Assembly (NCBI GenBank): GCA_944363525.1 | Contig: CALVUF010000003.1 | Location: 42,306-106,305, forward strand | DNA: 64,000 bases | Origin: an uncultured Bacilli bacterium | GTDB taxonomy: Bacteria; Bacillota_I; Bacilli_A; RFN20; CAG-826 | Reading direction: 5' to 3' | Shown: one piece after another, positions 39,158 through 49,500 of the stretch | Position numbering within the stretch: position 1 is the first letter of the stretch | Layout: each line of letters opens with the position of its first letter | The notes under the pieces: model-generated | What the model saw: only the letters and a program-made list of their open reading frames with translations | Told to the model about the DNA's origin: nothing | Database searches by the model: none | Position numbers and translations under genes: made by a program

Positions 39158-41034
39158 TGGACGCTTCTTTTGACGTCATCGTCGTCGGTGGGGGCCACGC
39201 CGGGGTTGAGGCGGCCCGGGCGACCGCCCTCCGGGGCTTTAAGACCCTTTTGATCACGCTTAACAAGAAGATGATTGCCAATATGCCCTGCAATCCCCAT
39301 ATCGGGGGTTCGGCCAAAGGGATCGTCGTCCGGGAGATCGATGCCTTAGGCGGGTTGATGGGCCTCGCCGCCGACCACCGGCCTTTGCAGATGAAGATGC
39401 TCAATACCGGCAAAGGCCCGGGGGTCCAGTGTCTTCGAAGCCAGCAGGATAAGCATGGCTATCCCTCCTTCGTCCAAAGCGTCCTCGCCACCATCCCGAA
39501 CCTAACGATTTTGGAAGACGAGGTCAAAGCCCTTTCCCATATCGAGAAGCGGGTCAATGGCGTTTTCACCGCAAAAAACGGACTTTTGCAATCGAAAATC
39601 GTTATTCTGACCACTGGGACTTACCTTGATTCCTCGATTATTTCCGGCTCGACCTCTTATGCTGGCGGTCCTGATGGGGAAGCGGCCTCGATTGGTTTGG
39701 CTGCCTCGCTTAAAGACTTAGGGGTCAAGACCTTCCGCCTTAAAACCGGCACCCCGCCTCGTTTAGATAAGAAGACTATTGATTTATCTAAGGCCGAGAT
39801 CCAATTGGGGAGTGATGAGCCTCTTCGTTTTTCTTGCGCCACCACCCATTACACTCCCTTAAAGGACCAGCTTCCTTGCTATCTTATTTATACGACGCCA
39901 GAGACGATTCAACTGATTAAGGACCATCTTAACGAGTCGGCCTTGTTCAATGGGCTGATCAATAGTTCGGGGCCCCGTTATTGCCCTTCGATTGAGAGCA
40001 AGGTGGTCCGCTTCGCCGATAAGCCCCGTCATCAATTGTTTTTGGAACCGGAATTTGCCGACGGGGATTCGATTTACCTCCAAGGCTTCTCGACCGGCAT
40101 GCCCCATGAACTGCAGGAGCGGATGGTCCATACCTTGCCGGGTTTAGAAAATGCCAAGCTATTGAAATACGCCTATCAAATCGAATATGAGGCTTTATGT
40201 CCTTTGCAATTCGACGCCTCGCTGAAAGTCAAGGCGGTCGATGGTCTTTACTGCGCGGGCCAGATCTGCGGGACCTCCGGGTATGAAGAAGCGGCCGGCC
40301 TTGGCTTGATGGCCGGGATCAACGCCGGGAACGAATTGCTTGGGCTGCCTAAATTCATCCTTTCCCGTTCGGAAGCTTATATCGGGGTGATGATCGATGA
40401 TTTGGTAACCAAAGGGGCCGATGAGCCGTATCGCCTTTTGACGTCTAGAGCCGAGCACCGACTGCTATTGCGTCATGATAACGCCGACGCCCGGTTGACC
40501 GAATACGGCCATCGTTATGGGCTGATAAGCGATGAACGGTACGCCGCCTACCAAATGAAGATGAGCCGGATTGAGCAAGCTATCGCTATCCTTAAAGAAG
40601 ACCTCGTCGATGACCGGGCCGGGCTCAACGCCTATTTAAAAGAGAATGGGTTCCCCTCGACCAATCAGGGATACCATGGGATCGATATCCTTAAGCGTCC
40701 CCATTTCACTTACGCCCGACTCGCTCCATTAATGAAACGGCTAAGCGAACTGAACCTCGATTACGATGAGATTCTTTCGGTTGAGACCAAAGTCAAATAC
40801 GAAGGCTATATCGCCAAAGAGGAAGCCAGTATCGAAAGCAGCCGGAAAAAAGAAGGGCTCCCTTTATCCCCGTCTATCGATTATCTCCACCTCGATGGTT
40901 TAAGATTAGAGGCGCGGCAGAAACTTAACCAGGTCCGTCCCCTCTCGATTGGGGAGGCGAGCCGGATCCCCGGGGTCAACCCGGCTGACGTCGCCATCTT
41001 GCTATTGAAGCTGAAGGAAAAGAACCATGGATGA
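39157..41034 (+). CDS. mnmG: tRNA uridine-5-carboxymethylaminomethyl modification enzyme MnmG (GidA)
   Basis: FAD-binding N-terminus FDVIVVGGGHAGVEAA. About 625 aa. Confidence 0.95.
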
Positions 41035-41728
41035 AGCCAAATTGATATCCGTTTTGTCCGGGGAAGGGATTAACCTCCCGGAGGATTTTTTCCCGAAGCT
41101 CAAGGTCTATGCCGAGCTGCTTTCCGAATGGAACGAGAAGATGAATCTGACCGCCATCACCGACCCGGAGACGGTTTACGAGAAACACTTCCTCGATTGT
41201 CTATTGCTATTAAAAAACCGCGATTTGAACAATAAGGAAATTTGCGATCTGGGTTCTGGAGCCGGGTTCCCGGGGATGCTTCTCGCTTTGGCGGTCCCTT
41301 CAGCCAAGATCACCCTCGTCGACGCGACCAAAAAGAAATTCCTGTTCTTGGAGGAAGTGCAGAAAACCCTGCAAATCCCCAATGTCGAGTTCCATATCGG
41401 CCGGGCGGAGGAGATGAAGGAGTTCCGCGATCATTTCGATATTTTGACTTGCCGGGGCTTCGCGGCCTTGCGGATATTCCTTGAGGTTGCCGCCCCCATC
41501 ACCAAGCGGAAAGGCTTGATCATCGCTATGAAAGGGGCCAAAGCCGAAGAGGAGCTTTTAGAGGCGGAGAAAGCCATTAAGAAACTCCGTCTTGATTATG
41601 TCGGGGCTGACCGGTTTGTTCTGCCTGAATGCCAACAGACCCGGGTGGAGTTAACCTTTAGGAAAACCGGGCCGACCGATCGTAAATACCCCCGGCCCTG
41701 GAAAGACATCCTGGAGCGACCCCTATGA
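41027..41728 (+). CDS. rsmG: 16S rRNA (guanine527-N7)-methyltransferase RsmG (GidB)
   Basis: SAM-binding [14 protein letters not shown]. Lies immediately after mnmG. Confidence 0.92.
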   Translation: MDEAKLISVLSGEGINLPEDFFPKLKVYAELLSEWNEKMNLTAITDPETVYEKHFLDCLLLLKNRDLNNKEICDLGSGAGFPGMLLALAVPSAKITLVDATKKKFLFLEEVQKTLQIPNVEFHIGRAEEMKEFRDHFDILTCRGFAALRIFLEVAAPITKRKGLIIAMKGAKAEEELLEAEKAIKKLRLDYVGADRFVLPECQQTRVELTFRKTGPTDRKYPRPWKDILERPL

Positions 41729-42498
41729 GCCGGATCATCGCCATCGCCAATCAGAAGGGCGGGGTCGGGAAGACCACGACCGCCATCAACCTGTCCTCGG
41801 CTTTAGCCTCGCTTAACCGTAAGGTTTTGCTGATCGACATGGACCCGCAGGGCAATTCGGCCCGGGGGTATGGGGTCGACATCGCTTTGGTTGAGAACAC
41901 GATCTTTGAGGTGCTATCCGGCAAGATTTCCGCTAAGGACGCCATCCTCGAAAGTGGTATCCCCAACGTCGACTTATTGCCTTCCAATCTGCGGCTCGCC
42001 ACTTTAGAAGCCTCCTTGGTCTCCTCACCCCAAGCCAATGCCTTTGGCTTATTGGGCCAAGCCCTCGCTGCGGTCAAAGACGATTACGATTATTTGATTA
42101 TCGATTGCCCACCATCTTTGGGCGCCTTGAGCCTTAATGCTTTGACCTGTTCGTCATCGGTTATCATCCCGGTCCAATGCGAATACTTCGCCATGGAGGC
42201 GGTGGGGGCGATCCTCTCCTCCATCAGCAATGTGCAAAGGCGGCTGAATCCGGACTTGAAGATCGAAGGGTTCTTATTGACCATGTATGACGCCCGGACC
42301 CAATTGGGGGCCGAGATTTCGGCTCAGGTAAGGTCGCTATTCAAGGAGAATACCTTCCTGACCTCGATCCCCCGGAACCAATCGATCGTCGATTCCCAAG
42401 CCTCGCAGACGCCGGTGACCGCCTTTAAGCCGTCATCGAGTGGGGCCTCCGCTTATTTTTCTTTAGCCCGTGAGGTCATCGATCATGAGCAAAGGTAA
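41725..42498 (+). CDS. parA: Chromosome-partitioning ATPase ParA/Soj
   Basis: Deviant Walker [20 protein letters not shown]. Confidence 0.92.
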   Translation: MSRIIAIANQKGGVGKTTTAINLSSALASLNRKVLLIDMDPQGNSARGYGVDIALVENTIFEVLSGKISAKDAILESGIPNVDLLPSNLRLATLEASLVSSPQANAFGLLGQALAAVKDDYDYLIIDCPPSLGALSLNALTCSSSVIIPVQCEYFAMEAVGAILSSISNVQRRLNPDLKIEGFLLTMYDARTQLGAEISAQVRSLFKENTFLTSIPRNQSIVDSQASQTPVTAFKPSSSGASAYFSLAREVIDHEQR

Positions 42499-43330
42499 GC
42501 CGAAGAAGGCGATGCCGTCCTTATCGGACCTGATTGAACGTTTCTCCCAAGAAGACGTCATCGCGGTCATGGAGAAGGAATATCAAAGTGCCCCAACGAA
42601 ACTTATTCCTTCTTCGCTGATTGACGATACCTCTTTTATCAAGGATGTGCTGGTTCCGGAATCGACGATTGAGACGTTTGCCTCCGGCTTAAAGGAAAAG
42701 GGTTTTTATAATCCCTTAGTCGTCCGGAACCGGGGTGATCGTTATGAATTGATCTTGGGCCGGAAACGGTTCTTAGGGGCCAAGCGGGCCGGCATCCTTT
42801 CCTTGCCTTGCGTCATTGTCAACGTGGGAGACGAAGAGGAGTTATTGATGCTTTTGGCCGATACCCGCGACCAACGGGATACCAACGTGGTGGAATTAGG
42901 GCTTATTTGCTTGGCCCTTCAAGAGAAGTTCGGCTATACCCAGAAGACCTTAGCCGATTTAACCCATCAATCCCGTTCCCAGATCACCAATATCCTTCGG
43001 ATCATGAAACTGCCCTCGGAGATCCGGAATGACATTTGCTTGGGGGCTCTTTCCTATGGCCATGCCAAGGCGCTGGCGTCCTTGCCAAGCGAGGCGGTTA
43101 GTGAATGCGCGCAGAAAATCAAAGAAGGGAACCTCTCGGTCCGCGATGCCGAGGCCTTAGTCCGGGCGGGCCGGAAACTCATCACCCCAAAGCAAGAGAA
43201 AGCGTTGCTGGCCAAATACCCGGCGGCTTCCGAAGTCTCGATCCAGGCCAAATCGGTTACCTTCCGTTTCCAAAGCCCGAAGGATAAAGAGAAATTCGTC
43301 TTGAAGCTGCTCAAAAGCAAGAATAAGTGA
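42485..43330 (+). CDS. parB: Chromosome-partitioning protein ParB/Spo0J (variant arginine patch [12 protein letters not shown])
   Basis: ParB N-terminal domain and HTH ([22 protein letters not shown]). It overlaps the parA 3' end by 14 nt. Confidence 0.85.
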   Translation: MSKGKPKKAMPSLSDLIERFSQEDVIAVMEKEYQSAPTKLIPSSLIDDTSFIKDVLVPESTIETFASGLKEKGFYNPLVVRNRGDRYELILGRKRFLGAKRAGILSLPCVIVNVGDEEELLMLLADTRDQRDTNVVELGLICLALQEKFGYTQKTLADLTHQSRSQITNILRIMKLPSEIRNDICLGALSYGHAKALASLPSEAVSECAQKIKEGNLSVRDAEALVRAGRKLITPKQEKALLAKYPAASEVSIQAKSVTFRFQSPKDKEKFVLKLLKSKNK

Positions 43331-43358
43331 TTGACATCTTGACAGGCGGTCTATAATA
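43331..43358 (+). promoter_or_regulatory. Promoter TTGACA - 15 nt - TATAAT driving the FMN riboswitch/ribU transcript
   Basis: Consensus hexamers directly after the parB stop. The spacer is slightly short. Confidence 0.5.
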
Positions 43359-43361
43359 AGG

Positions 43362-43512
43362 ACGCTTCAGGGCGACGAGAATTACGTCGACTGGCGGTGA
43401 CAGCCCGCGAGCGCAAGCACGAATCGGTGAAATTCCGATGCCAACGGTACAGTCCGGATGATAGAAGTGACCGAACTATGTCATTTTCCTCCCCTGAATC
43501 GGAGGATTTTTT
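43362..43512 (+). ncRNA. FMN riboswitch (RFN element) with terminator/SD-sequestering hairpin
   Basis: Conserved RFN blocks are CAGGGCGACGAGAATT...GGCGGTGACAGCCCGCGAGCG and GGTGAAATTCCGATGCCAACGGTACAGTCCGGATGATAGAAG. These are followed by the hairpin CCTCCCCTGAATCGGAGG plus a U-run that includes the GGAGGA SD of ribU. Confidence 0.85.
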
Positions 43513-43513
43513 A

Positions 43514-44212
43514 ATGGAGAGCAAGCAAATCATAGCCATCGTCGCCATCGTGATGGCCTTCATCCTACTGGCGGCCTCCTTCCGTTTCTTCGGGGCTTAT
43601 AACGAGCAACGGAAGTTCAATTCGACCCGCTTCATCGCCCGGGTCGCCATCTTCGGGGCTTTTGCCGCCATCCTTTACGTGGTCCCGATTTTCACCATTA
43701 ACCTGCCATTTATCCCCTCGTTCTTATCTTTGCATTTCGATGAGATCCCGGCCTTCATCGCCGGGTTTGCCTATGGCCCTTTAAGCGGCCTCTCGGTCAT
43801 TTTGATCAAAACGTTGATAAAACTGCCGATGACCTCGACCGTCGGGGTTGGCGAATTGACCGATCTTTTGCTGTCGGGGGCTTATGTCAGTATCGCTGCC
43901 TTCATCTACAAAAAGAAACGGAATCTGAAGGGGGTGGCTATCGGTTTCGGCTTGGCGACTTTGTTCCAATTGGGGTTTGCTATGCTCCTCAACGTCTATT
44001 TGATGATCCCCTTCTACATGAATCTTTATGGCATTGATGAAGCGGGGCTGCTCCGCGTCATGCAGCTGGCGAACCCAGCGATTAAGGACATCGGCTGGAG
44101 CTACGCCTTCTTCGCCGTCTTGCCGTTTAATCTAATCAAAGACGTGATCGTCATCATCGTGACCTTCTTCGTCTATCGATCCATTCACAAGTTGTTACGG
44201 TTTGAAAAATAA
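43514..44212 (+). CDS. ribU: Riboflavin ECF-transporter substrate-specific (S) component RibU
   Basis: FDEIPAFIAGFAYGPLSGLSVILIKTLIKLP...VGELTDLLLSGAYVSIAAFIYKKK matches B. subtilis RibU (FDFSDVPALLAALLFGP...VGELANFLAGTSLVLVAGLIYRK). Five to six TM helices. Confidence 0.85.
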   Translation: MESKQIIAIVAIVMAFILLAASFRFFGAYNEQRKFNSTRFIARVAIFGAFAAILYVVPIFTINLPFIPSFLSLHFDEIPAFIAGFAYGPLSGLSVILIKTLIKLPMTSTVGVGELTDLLLSGAYVSIAAFIYKKKRNLKGVAIGFGLATLFQLGFAMLLNVYLMIPFYMNLYGIDEAGLLRVMQLANPAIKDIGWSYAFFAVLPFNLIKDVIVIIVTFFVYRSIHKLLRFEK

Positions 44213-44237
44213 AAACCCGAACGAGTCGGGCTTTATT
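44213..44237. terminator. Bidirectional rho-independent terminator between ribU and the ferredoxin gene
   Basis: The CCCGA-ACGAG-TCGGG hairpin is flanked by an A-run on one side and a T-run on the other. On the minus strand it reads GCCCGA...TCGGGTTTTTATTTTT. Confidence 0.7.
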
Positions 44238-44256
44238 GGCTTTGGCAGAAGGCGAA

Positions 44257-44436
44257 TTAGTCTTCGTTGATGGCCTGGACCGGGCAATTGGCGATGGCGT
44301 CAGCGGCGCTGTCATCATCGGCGTCGGCGATGACCTCGGCTTTATTGTCGGCATTGATGGCGAAGACGTCGCTGTGGGTGCCGGCGCAAAGGCCGCAGCC
44401 GATGCAGAGATCCTGGTCAACTTTGAGTTTCTTCAT
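44257..44436 (-). CDS. fer: Small 4Fe-4S ferredoxin (~59 aa)
   Basis: MKKLKVDQDLCIGCGLCAGTHSDVF...DAIANCPVQAI has the CxxCxxC...CP cluster motif. GGAGGA RBS lies upstream. The long ORF upstream of the Met is non-coding-like. Confidence 0.8.
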   Translation of the reverse strand: MKKLKVDQDLCIGCGLCAGTHSDVFAINADNKAEVIADADDDSAADAIANCPVQAINED

Positions 44437-44604
44437 GAAATGTAATCCTCCACTCAACGGGGGCATTATAGAGCAGGCCACCCCGGCAAGCAAAGGAAAT
44501 AAGCGACTATAAATGTTAAAGAAACTTAACTCTATTTTGATTATTAGGGTGATTTCTTTCGCCGAACTAGCTAGAATAGCTACGAACTTTTCGGAGGTAA
44601 AAAA

Positions 44605-44832
44605 ATGAAATGGTTCAATAAGCAATCGCGCCTCATCCAGATTCTCCTTCTCTTGATCCCGTTCGTCAACTGGGTCACCGAGTTGGTCGTTCGCTGGACC
44701 GCCTTCTTGGAGAAGCCGGGTATCATCCGCCTCATCCTTGCCATCATCGCCATCCCTGGCCTTGGCATTATCATGGGCTGGATCGACCTCATCTGGGTCC
44801 TGCTATTCAATCATCTTGCCTTCGCGAAATAG
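44605..44832 (+). CDS. Hypothetical small membrane protein (75 aa, 2 TM)
   Basis: GGAGGT RBS and a hydrophobic hairpin. Confidence 0.5.
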   Translation: MKWFNKQSRLIQILLLLIPFVNWVTELVVRWTAFLEKPGIIRLILAIIAIPGLGIIMGWIDLIWVLLFNHLAFAK

Positions 44833-44870
44833 GTTAGCAACCTATCGCCTATTAGCCTATACTAGGCTAG

Positions 44871-45182
44871 ATGGAAACGAGGAAGGAACGGCACGCCAAA
44901 TACCGCCAGAAAATCCTGGCCTTGCCTTCGAGCGCTTTCGCCCCCAATGGCAAGTACCTGCAGGAATGGCGGGATATCGGCGTAGTGGCTCCTTCCTCTT
45001 CTTCGATTTCCTATTCCGCCGATCGAATGGGAAGTTTCAACAATCTAGAGCCGGAGGAGAATTCCACCCCCTACCGGCTTTATTTGAAACGGCGGCGCGT
45101 CCACCTCGCCTTAAAGCTCATCTTCTTAGGCATCGGGGTCGCCATCCTCATCGCCGTTTATTTTCTTTTATTGTGGGAGTGA
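44871..45182 (+). CDS. Hypothetical protein with basic N-terminus and C-terminal TM anchor (103 aa)
   Basis: ORF only, no convincing SD. Located directly upstream of cmk. Confidence 0.35.
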   Translation: METRKERHAKYRQKILALPSSAFAPNGKYLQEWRDIGVVAPSSSSISYSADRMGSFNNLEPEENSTPYRLYLKRRRVHLALKLIFLGIGVAILIAVYFLLLWE

Positions 45183-45185
45183 AGT

Positions 45186-45866
45186 ATGAACAAAGCCATC
45201 TCCATCGCCATCGATGGGCCGGCGGCCGCCGGCAAAAGCACCGTTGCCAAACTCGTCGCCAAATCCCTCGGCTTCGTCTATATCGACACCGGGGCGATGT
45301 ATCGGGCCTTTACCTATGCCGTCTTGAAGAAAGGGCTTAACCCGGAAGACGAGAAGCAGGCCTGCTCGATCATCGATGAGGTCAAGATCGAATTGCTGCC
45401 GGGCTACATCGTCAAATGCAATGACGAGGACGTGACCAAAGCCATCCGCGAGGTCGATGTCTCCTCCAATGTCTCCTACATTGCCTCCTATAAGGATATC
45501 CGGTTGGCTTTGGTCAAGATGCAGCGAAAGATGGCAGAGAAAGTCTCGGTCGTCATGGATGGCCGGGATATCGGGACCTACGTTTTGCCCCATGCCGACG
45601 TCAAGATTTTTCAAATTGCCTCGGTTGAGACACGAGCCAAGCGGCGTTATGAGGAAAACCTAAGTAAAGGGATCCCGACCTCTTTTGAGGACGTCTGCGC
45701 CGACCTTCGGAAACGGGACTACATCGATTCCCACCGGGATTTCGCCCCTTTAAAGCAAGCATCCGACGCCATCCCTCTCGATACCTCGAACATGAGCATC
45801 GAGGAAGTGGTCGACGCCATCCTTGATATCATCGAAGAGAAGACGGGGGTCAAACGGCTATGTTAG
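45186..45866 (+). CDS. cmk: Cytidylate kinase
   Basis: ISIAIDGPAAAGKSTVAK P-loop and Cmk family length. Confidence 0.92.
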   Translation: MNKAISIAIDGPAAAGKSTVAKLVAKSLGFVYIDTGAMYRAFTYAVLKKGLNPEDEKQACSIIDEVKIELLPGYIVKCNDEDVTKAIREVDVSSNVSYIASYKDIRLALVKMQRKMAEKVSVVMDGRDIGTYVLPHADVKIFQIASVETRAKRRYEENLSKGIPTSFEDVCADLRKRDYIDSHRDFAPLKQASDAIPLDTSNMSIEEVVDAILDIIEEKTGVKRLC

Positions 45867-47161
45867 GTTTAGTGGCTCTAGTCGGGGCCCCGAACGTCGG
45901 CAAGTCGACCATCTTCAACCGGATGGTGGGGCAACGTTCCTCGATCGTCGAGGACACCCCGGGGGTTACCCGTGACCGCCTTTATGGTACCGGGGAATGG
46001 CTGACCAAAAAATTCCGCGTCGTTGACACCGGCGGCGTCGAGATCAAAAACGCCCCCTTCCAAACCGAAATCCGGGCCCAGGTCCAAATCGCCATCGAGG
46101 AAGCCGACGTCATCGTCTTCGTCGTCGATGGGAAGATGGGCTTAAGCGGCGATGACAAAGCGGTCGCCCGGATGCTTTATCAATCGGGCAAGCCGGTCAT
46201 CCTCGCCGTCAACAAGATCGACAACATCGAGATGGTGGCCGATTCGAGCGAATTCTATGCTTTGGGTTTAGGCGATCCTTTAGTCGTCTCCGGGGCCCAT
46301 GGCATCGGCATCGGGGATTTATTGGATAAGATCATTTCCCTCCTCCCCAATAAGGAAGAGACCGAATATCCCGATAGCATCGCCTTCTCTTTTATTGGAA
46401 GGCCGAACGTCGGGAAATCGAGCCTAACTAACGCCATCCTCGGGGAGAACCGGGTCATCGTCAATAGCTTAGCCGGCACCACCCGGGATTCGATCGATAC
46501 CCCTTTTTCCTCCGAACTTGGCAATTTCGTCGCCATCGATACCGCCGGGCTCGTCAAGCGGGGCCGGATTTACGAATCGATCGATAAATACGCCGCCTTA
46601 CGGGCCATGCGGGCCATCGACCGGAGCCAGGTCGCCGTCTTGGTCATCGACGCCGAGAAAGGGATCCTCGATCAGGACCGGCACGTGGCCGGTTATGCCC
46701 TCGAGGCCAAGAAAGCCATCGTCATCGTGGTCAATAAATGGGACGAAGCCCCGAAAGGGATGATGCAGCAGGAGTTCGAAGAGGAGATAAGAACCAGATT
46801 CAAGTTCCTTTCCTTCGCCAAGGTCATCTTTTGCTCAGCCAAAACCGGGCGCAACGTCCAAGCGATTTTGCCGGCGGTCAAAGAGGCTTATGAGGCGGCC
46901 TCGAGACGGATCGGGACCTCGATCCTCAATCAGATCATCCAAGACGCCCAGCAGATGAACCCGACCCCCGAGTTCAACCATGGCCGGCTCAAGATCGTCT
47001 TCGCCTCCCAAGTCAGCGTCAATCCCCCGACCTTCGTCTGCTTCTGCAACGACCCCAAGTTCGCCCATTTTTCCTACACCCGTTATTTAGAAAACCGACT
47101 CCGGGAAAGCTTCGATTTCACCGGCACTCCGTTGCATATAATCTATCGTCAAAGGACGTGA
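45860..47161 (+). CDS. der: Ribosome-biogenesis GTPase Der (EngA), tandem GTPase domains + KH
   Basis: Two G-domains (VALVGAPNVGKST and FSFIGRPNVGKSS) and a C-terminal KH-like domain. Confidence 0.95.
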   Translation: MLGLVALVGAPNVGKSTIFNRMVGQRSSIVEDTPGVTRDRLYGTGEWLTKKFRVVDTGGVEIKNAPFQTEIRAQVQIAIEEADVIVFVVDGKMGLSGDDKAVARMLYQSGKPVILAVNKIDNIEMVADSSEFYALGLGDPLVVSGAHGIGIGDLLDKIISLLPNKEETEYPDSIAFSFIGRPNVGKSSLTNAILGENRVIVNSLAGTTRDSIDTPFSSELGNFVAIDTAGLVKRGRIYESIDKYAALRAMRAIDRSQVAVLVIDAEKGILDQDRHVAGYALEAKKAIVIVVNKWDEAPKGMMQQEFEEEIRTRFKFLSFAKVIFCSAKTGRNVQAILPAVKEAYEAASRRIGTSILNQIIQDAQQMNPTPEFNHGRLKIVFASQVSVNPPTFVCFCNDPKFAHFSYTRYLENRLRESFDFTGTPLHIIYRQRT

Positions 47162-47303
47162 TTTTCCTTCCAACTGGCCGATTTATTTCTTTTATATAAA
47201 AGAAAAGGACTAAATAAAAAAGAAATTCTTAAAGATTTATTGCAAAACATTCGATGGAATGGTACTTTTATCCTATCATCAGCCATTAGGAGGTCTAATA
47301 CTC

Positions 47304-47576
47304 ATGAACAAAGCTGAACTCATCGCCGTCGTCGCCGAAAAAGCCGAACTCTCGCACACCGATGCCGGCAAGGCCATCGAATGCGCCCTCGAAACCATCG
47401 AAGAAGCCCTCATCCGGGGCGAAGCCGTCAAGCTCTCGGGCTTCGGCATCTTCGAGAAGAAGGAACGGGCCGCTCGGGTTGGCACCAATCCGTCGACCGG
47501 CGCCAAGATCGAGATCGCGGCCAACAACTCCGTCGGCTTCAAGCCCTCGAAGAACCTCAAAGAAAAGCTTAACTAA
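47304..47576 (+). CDS. hup: DNA-binding protein HU
   Basis: MNKAELIAVVAEKAELS...GFGIFEKKERAARVGTNPSTGAKIEIAANNSVGFKPSK. GGAGGT RBS. 90 aa. Confidence 0.95.
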   Translation: MNKAELIAVVAEKAELSHTDAGKAIECALETIEEALIRGEAVKLSGFGIFEKKERAARVGTNPSTGAKIEIAANNSVGFKPSKNLKEKLN

Positions 47577-47597
47577 AAAGAAGCGATTATTCTTGAC

Positions 47598-47625
47598 CCC
47601 GCCTCGTCCGCGGGGTTTTCTTATT
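47598..47625 (+). terminator. Rho-independent terminator after hup
   Basis: CCCCGC-ctcgtcc-GCGGGG followed by TTTTCTTATT. Confidence 0.75.
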
Positions 47626-47627
47626 GT

Positions 47628-48219
47628 CGTGGGCTTGCTGGATTTATTGAAACGGTTCAATCGATTGCTTCCTTCCCTGGCCGTCGGGGGCACGGTTCGG
47701 GATTTCCTTTTGGGCTATGAGCCAGACGACATTGATCTGGTGACCCCTTTGAGCCCGGACGAGGCGTTGAACCTCCTGCCGAAAGGGGCTTATCCCTTCG
47801 CGAAGTATGGGTCTTTCCATTTAGTCTTTGAAGGAACCCCCATCGATTTGACGTGCCTAAGGGAGGAAGGGGAGTATTCCGATTTCCGGCACCCGAGCTA
47901 TCTTAAGTTCGGGGTCGGGCTGGCGGATGATTCGGTTCGCCGGGACTTCACCATCAACGCCTTATACTTAGATAAAGATGGCAGCGTCTATGATTATCAC
48001 CAGGGGATATCCGATCTGAAAAACGGGGTTTTGCGCTTTGTCGGCGATCCATATGTTAGAATCAAAGAGGATCCGTTAAGGATAATTCGGGCCGAACGGT
48101 TCCAAAAGCGCTTAAACCTCGCCTATGAAGTGAAAACCGGACAAGCGATTGAGGATTTGCAGGGTTTACTGAATAAACTCAATCCGTCCAAAATCCAAAT
48201 GGAAAGGAGCAAGGAATGA
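47628..48219 (+). CDS. Polymerase-beta nucleotidyltransferase head domain protein (CCA-adding enzyme / poly(A) polymerase family), ~196 aa, apparently truncated
   Basis: The GGTVRDFLLGYEPDDIDLVT motif corresponds to GGAVRDxLLGxxxxDxDxxT of class II tRNA nucleotidyltransferases. The neck/body/tail domains are missing. GTG start right after the hup terminator with no obvious SD. Confidence 0.55.
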
Positions 48220-48878
48220 ACACCAAACCACTCGGGATGGAAGGAATCGACTTCCGTTATTTATTGCTCGACTTCTATAAGAAATTGGGGCTCAGCGAGA
48301 ATGAGGCAATGGTCATCTTGATGGTTGACCAGCTTTTGCGCCAAGGCAATGACTTCATCTCCCAAAGCGACCTTTCCTTCAAGATGAATCTCAGCGAAAA
48401 AGAACTCGATGGCTTGATGGCGGGATTAATGCAAAAGGATATGCTCGCCATCGATAGCCGCGGTGGCCGCCTCAAGACTTCCTTATCCCCGATCAAAGAG
48501 AAACTTTATGGCTTATTCCAGCAGGCCATCGCCGAGAAGCGGGCGACTCCGGTCGCAGCGAGGAAAGCCGAGGCCATCGGGAAGGTTCGTGATTATTTCG
48601 AGAAACGGCTCAACCGGACGTTATCGCCTCTAGAAGCCGATACCATCGCCGCCTGGCTCGATGACGGCTATTCCGACGAGGATATCAAAGGGGCCTTAGA
48701 AAGCGCCATCGCCGCCGGAAGGAAGACTTTTAAAGCCATCGATGGCCAGCTAAGGATGTCGAGGAAGCGCGATGACATCGAGAAAGAAGGCTACACTGGG
48801 GTCAATTCGCGGTGGAACAAAGACATCGAACATACCATCGAGATCGCCCGGACCAAGTGGGTCGAAGACGATGACTGA
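48216..48878 (+). CDS. dnaD: DnaD-domain replication initiation/primosome protein
   Basis: N-terminal winged-helix-like region and C-terminal DDBH2 segment (YFEKRLNRTLSPLEADTIAAWLDDGYSDEDIKGALESAI). It sits directly upstream of nth, as in Bacillus. Confidence 0.75.
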   Translation: MNTKPLGMEGIDFRYLLLDFYKKLGLSENEAMVILMVDQLLRQGNDFISQSDLSFKMNLSEKELDGLMAGLMQKDMLAIDSRGGRLKTSLSPIKEKLYGLFQQAIAEKRATPVAARKAEAIGKVRDYFEKRLNRTLSPLEADTIAAWLDDGYSDEDIKGALESAIAAGRKTFKAIDGQLRMSRKRDDIEKEGYTGVNSRWNKDIEHTIEIARTKWVEDDD

Positions 48879-49500
48879 TCCTTCCTATATCGCCTCTGAA
48901 TTGGGATGGCTTTATCCGGACGCCCATTGTACTTTGGATTTCGCTAACCCGTTTCAGTGTTTGGTCGCGGTCAGTCTCTCAGCTCAGACCACCGATAAGA
49001 AGGTCAATGAAGTGACTCCGGCTTTATTCGCCGCTTTCCCCGATCCGGAAAGCTTAAGCCAAGCCTCAGTCGAGGAAGTCGGGGGCTATATCCGTTCCTT
49101 GGGTTTATGGAAGAATAAGGCCAAAAACCTAGTGGCTTTAGGGAAAGAATTAAGCGAACGGTTCGACGGGCAAGTCCCCGCGACCGAAAAGGAACTGACC
49201 TCCTTGCCGGGGGTCGGGATCAAGACCGCCTCGGTCGTCTTAGCTGAATGCTTTCAGGTCCCGGCCTTCCCGGTCGATACCCATGTCGGGCGGGTGAGCA
49301 AGCGGCTTTACCTGGCCAGTTTATCCGATACTCCGGAGCAGGTCATGGTTAAACTCAAAAAGAAGTTCCCGATTGAAAGCTGGATTGCTTTGCATCACCG
49401 CTTCATCGCCTTTGGCCGCGATATCTGCCACGCCCAAAACCCGGGATGTAACCGTTGCCCCTTCACTTCGTTTTGTCGTTATTTAAAAAGTGCTCGATGA
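48871..49500 (+). CDS. nth: Endonuclease III (DNA-(apurinic or apyrimidinic site) lyase)
   Basis: HhH-GPD motif LTSLPGVGIKTASVVLAE...DTHV and the C-terminal 4Fe-4S cysteines C..QNPGCNRCPFTSFC. Confidence 0.92.
   Translation: MTDPSYIASELGWLYPDAHCTLDFANPFQCLVAVSLSAQTTDKKVNEVTPALFAAFPDPESLSQASVEEVGGYIRSLGLWKNKAKNLVALGKELSERFDGQVPATEKELTSLPGVGIKTASVVLAECFQVPAFPVDTHVGRVSKRLYLASLSDTPEQVMVKLKKKFPIESWIALHHRFIAFGRDICHAQNPGCNRCPFTSFCRYLKSAR

Noticed and set aside
42485-43330. Non-canonical ParB arginine patch ([12 protein letters not shown] instead of GERRxRA)
   Set aside because: This is probably within normal ParB family variation. It is noted only as a variant and cannot be judged without alignment.
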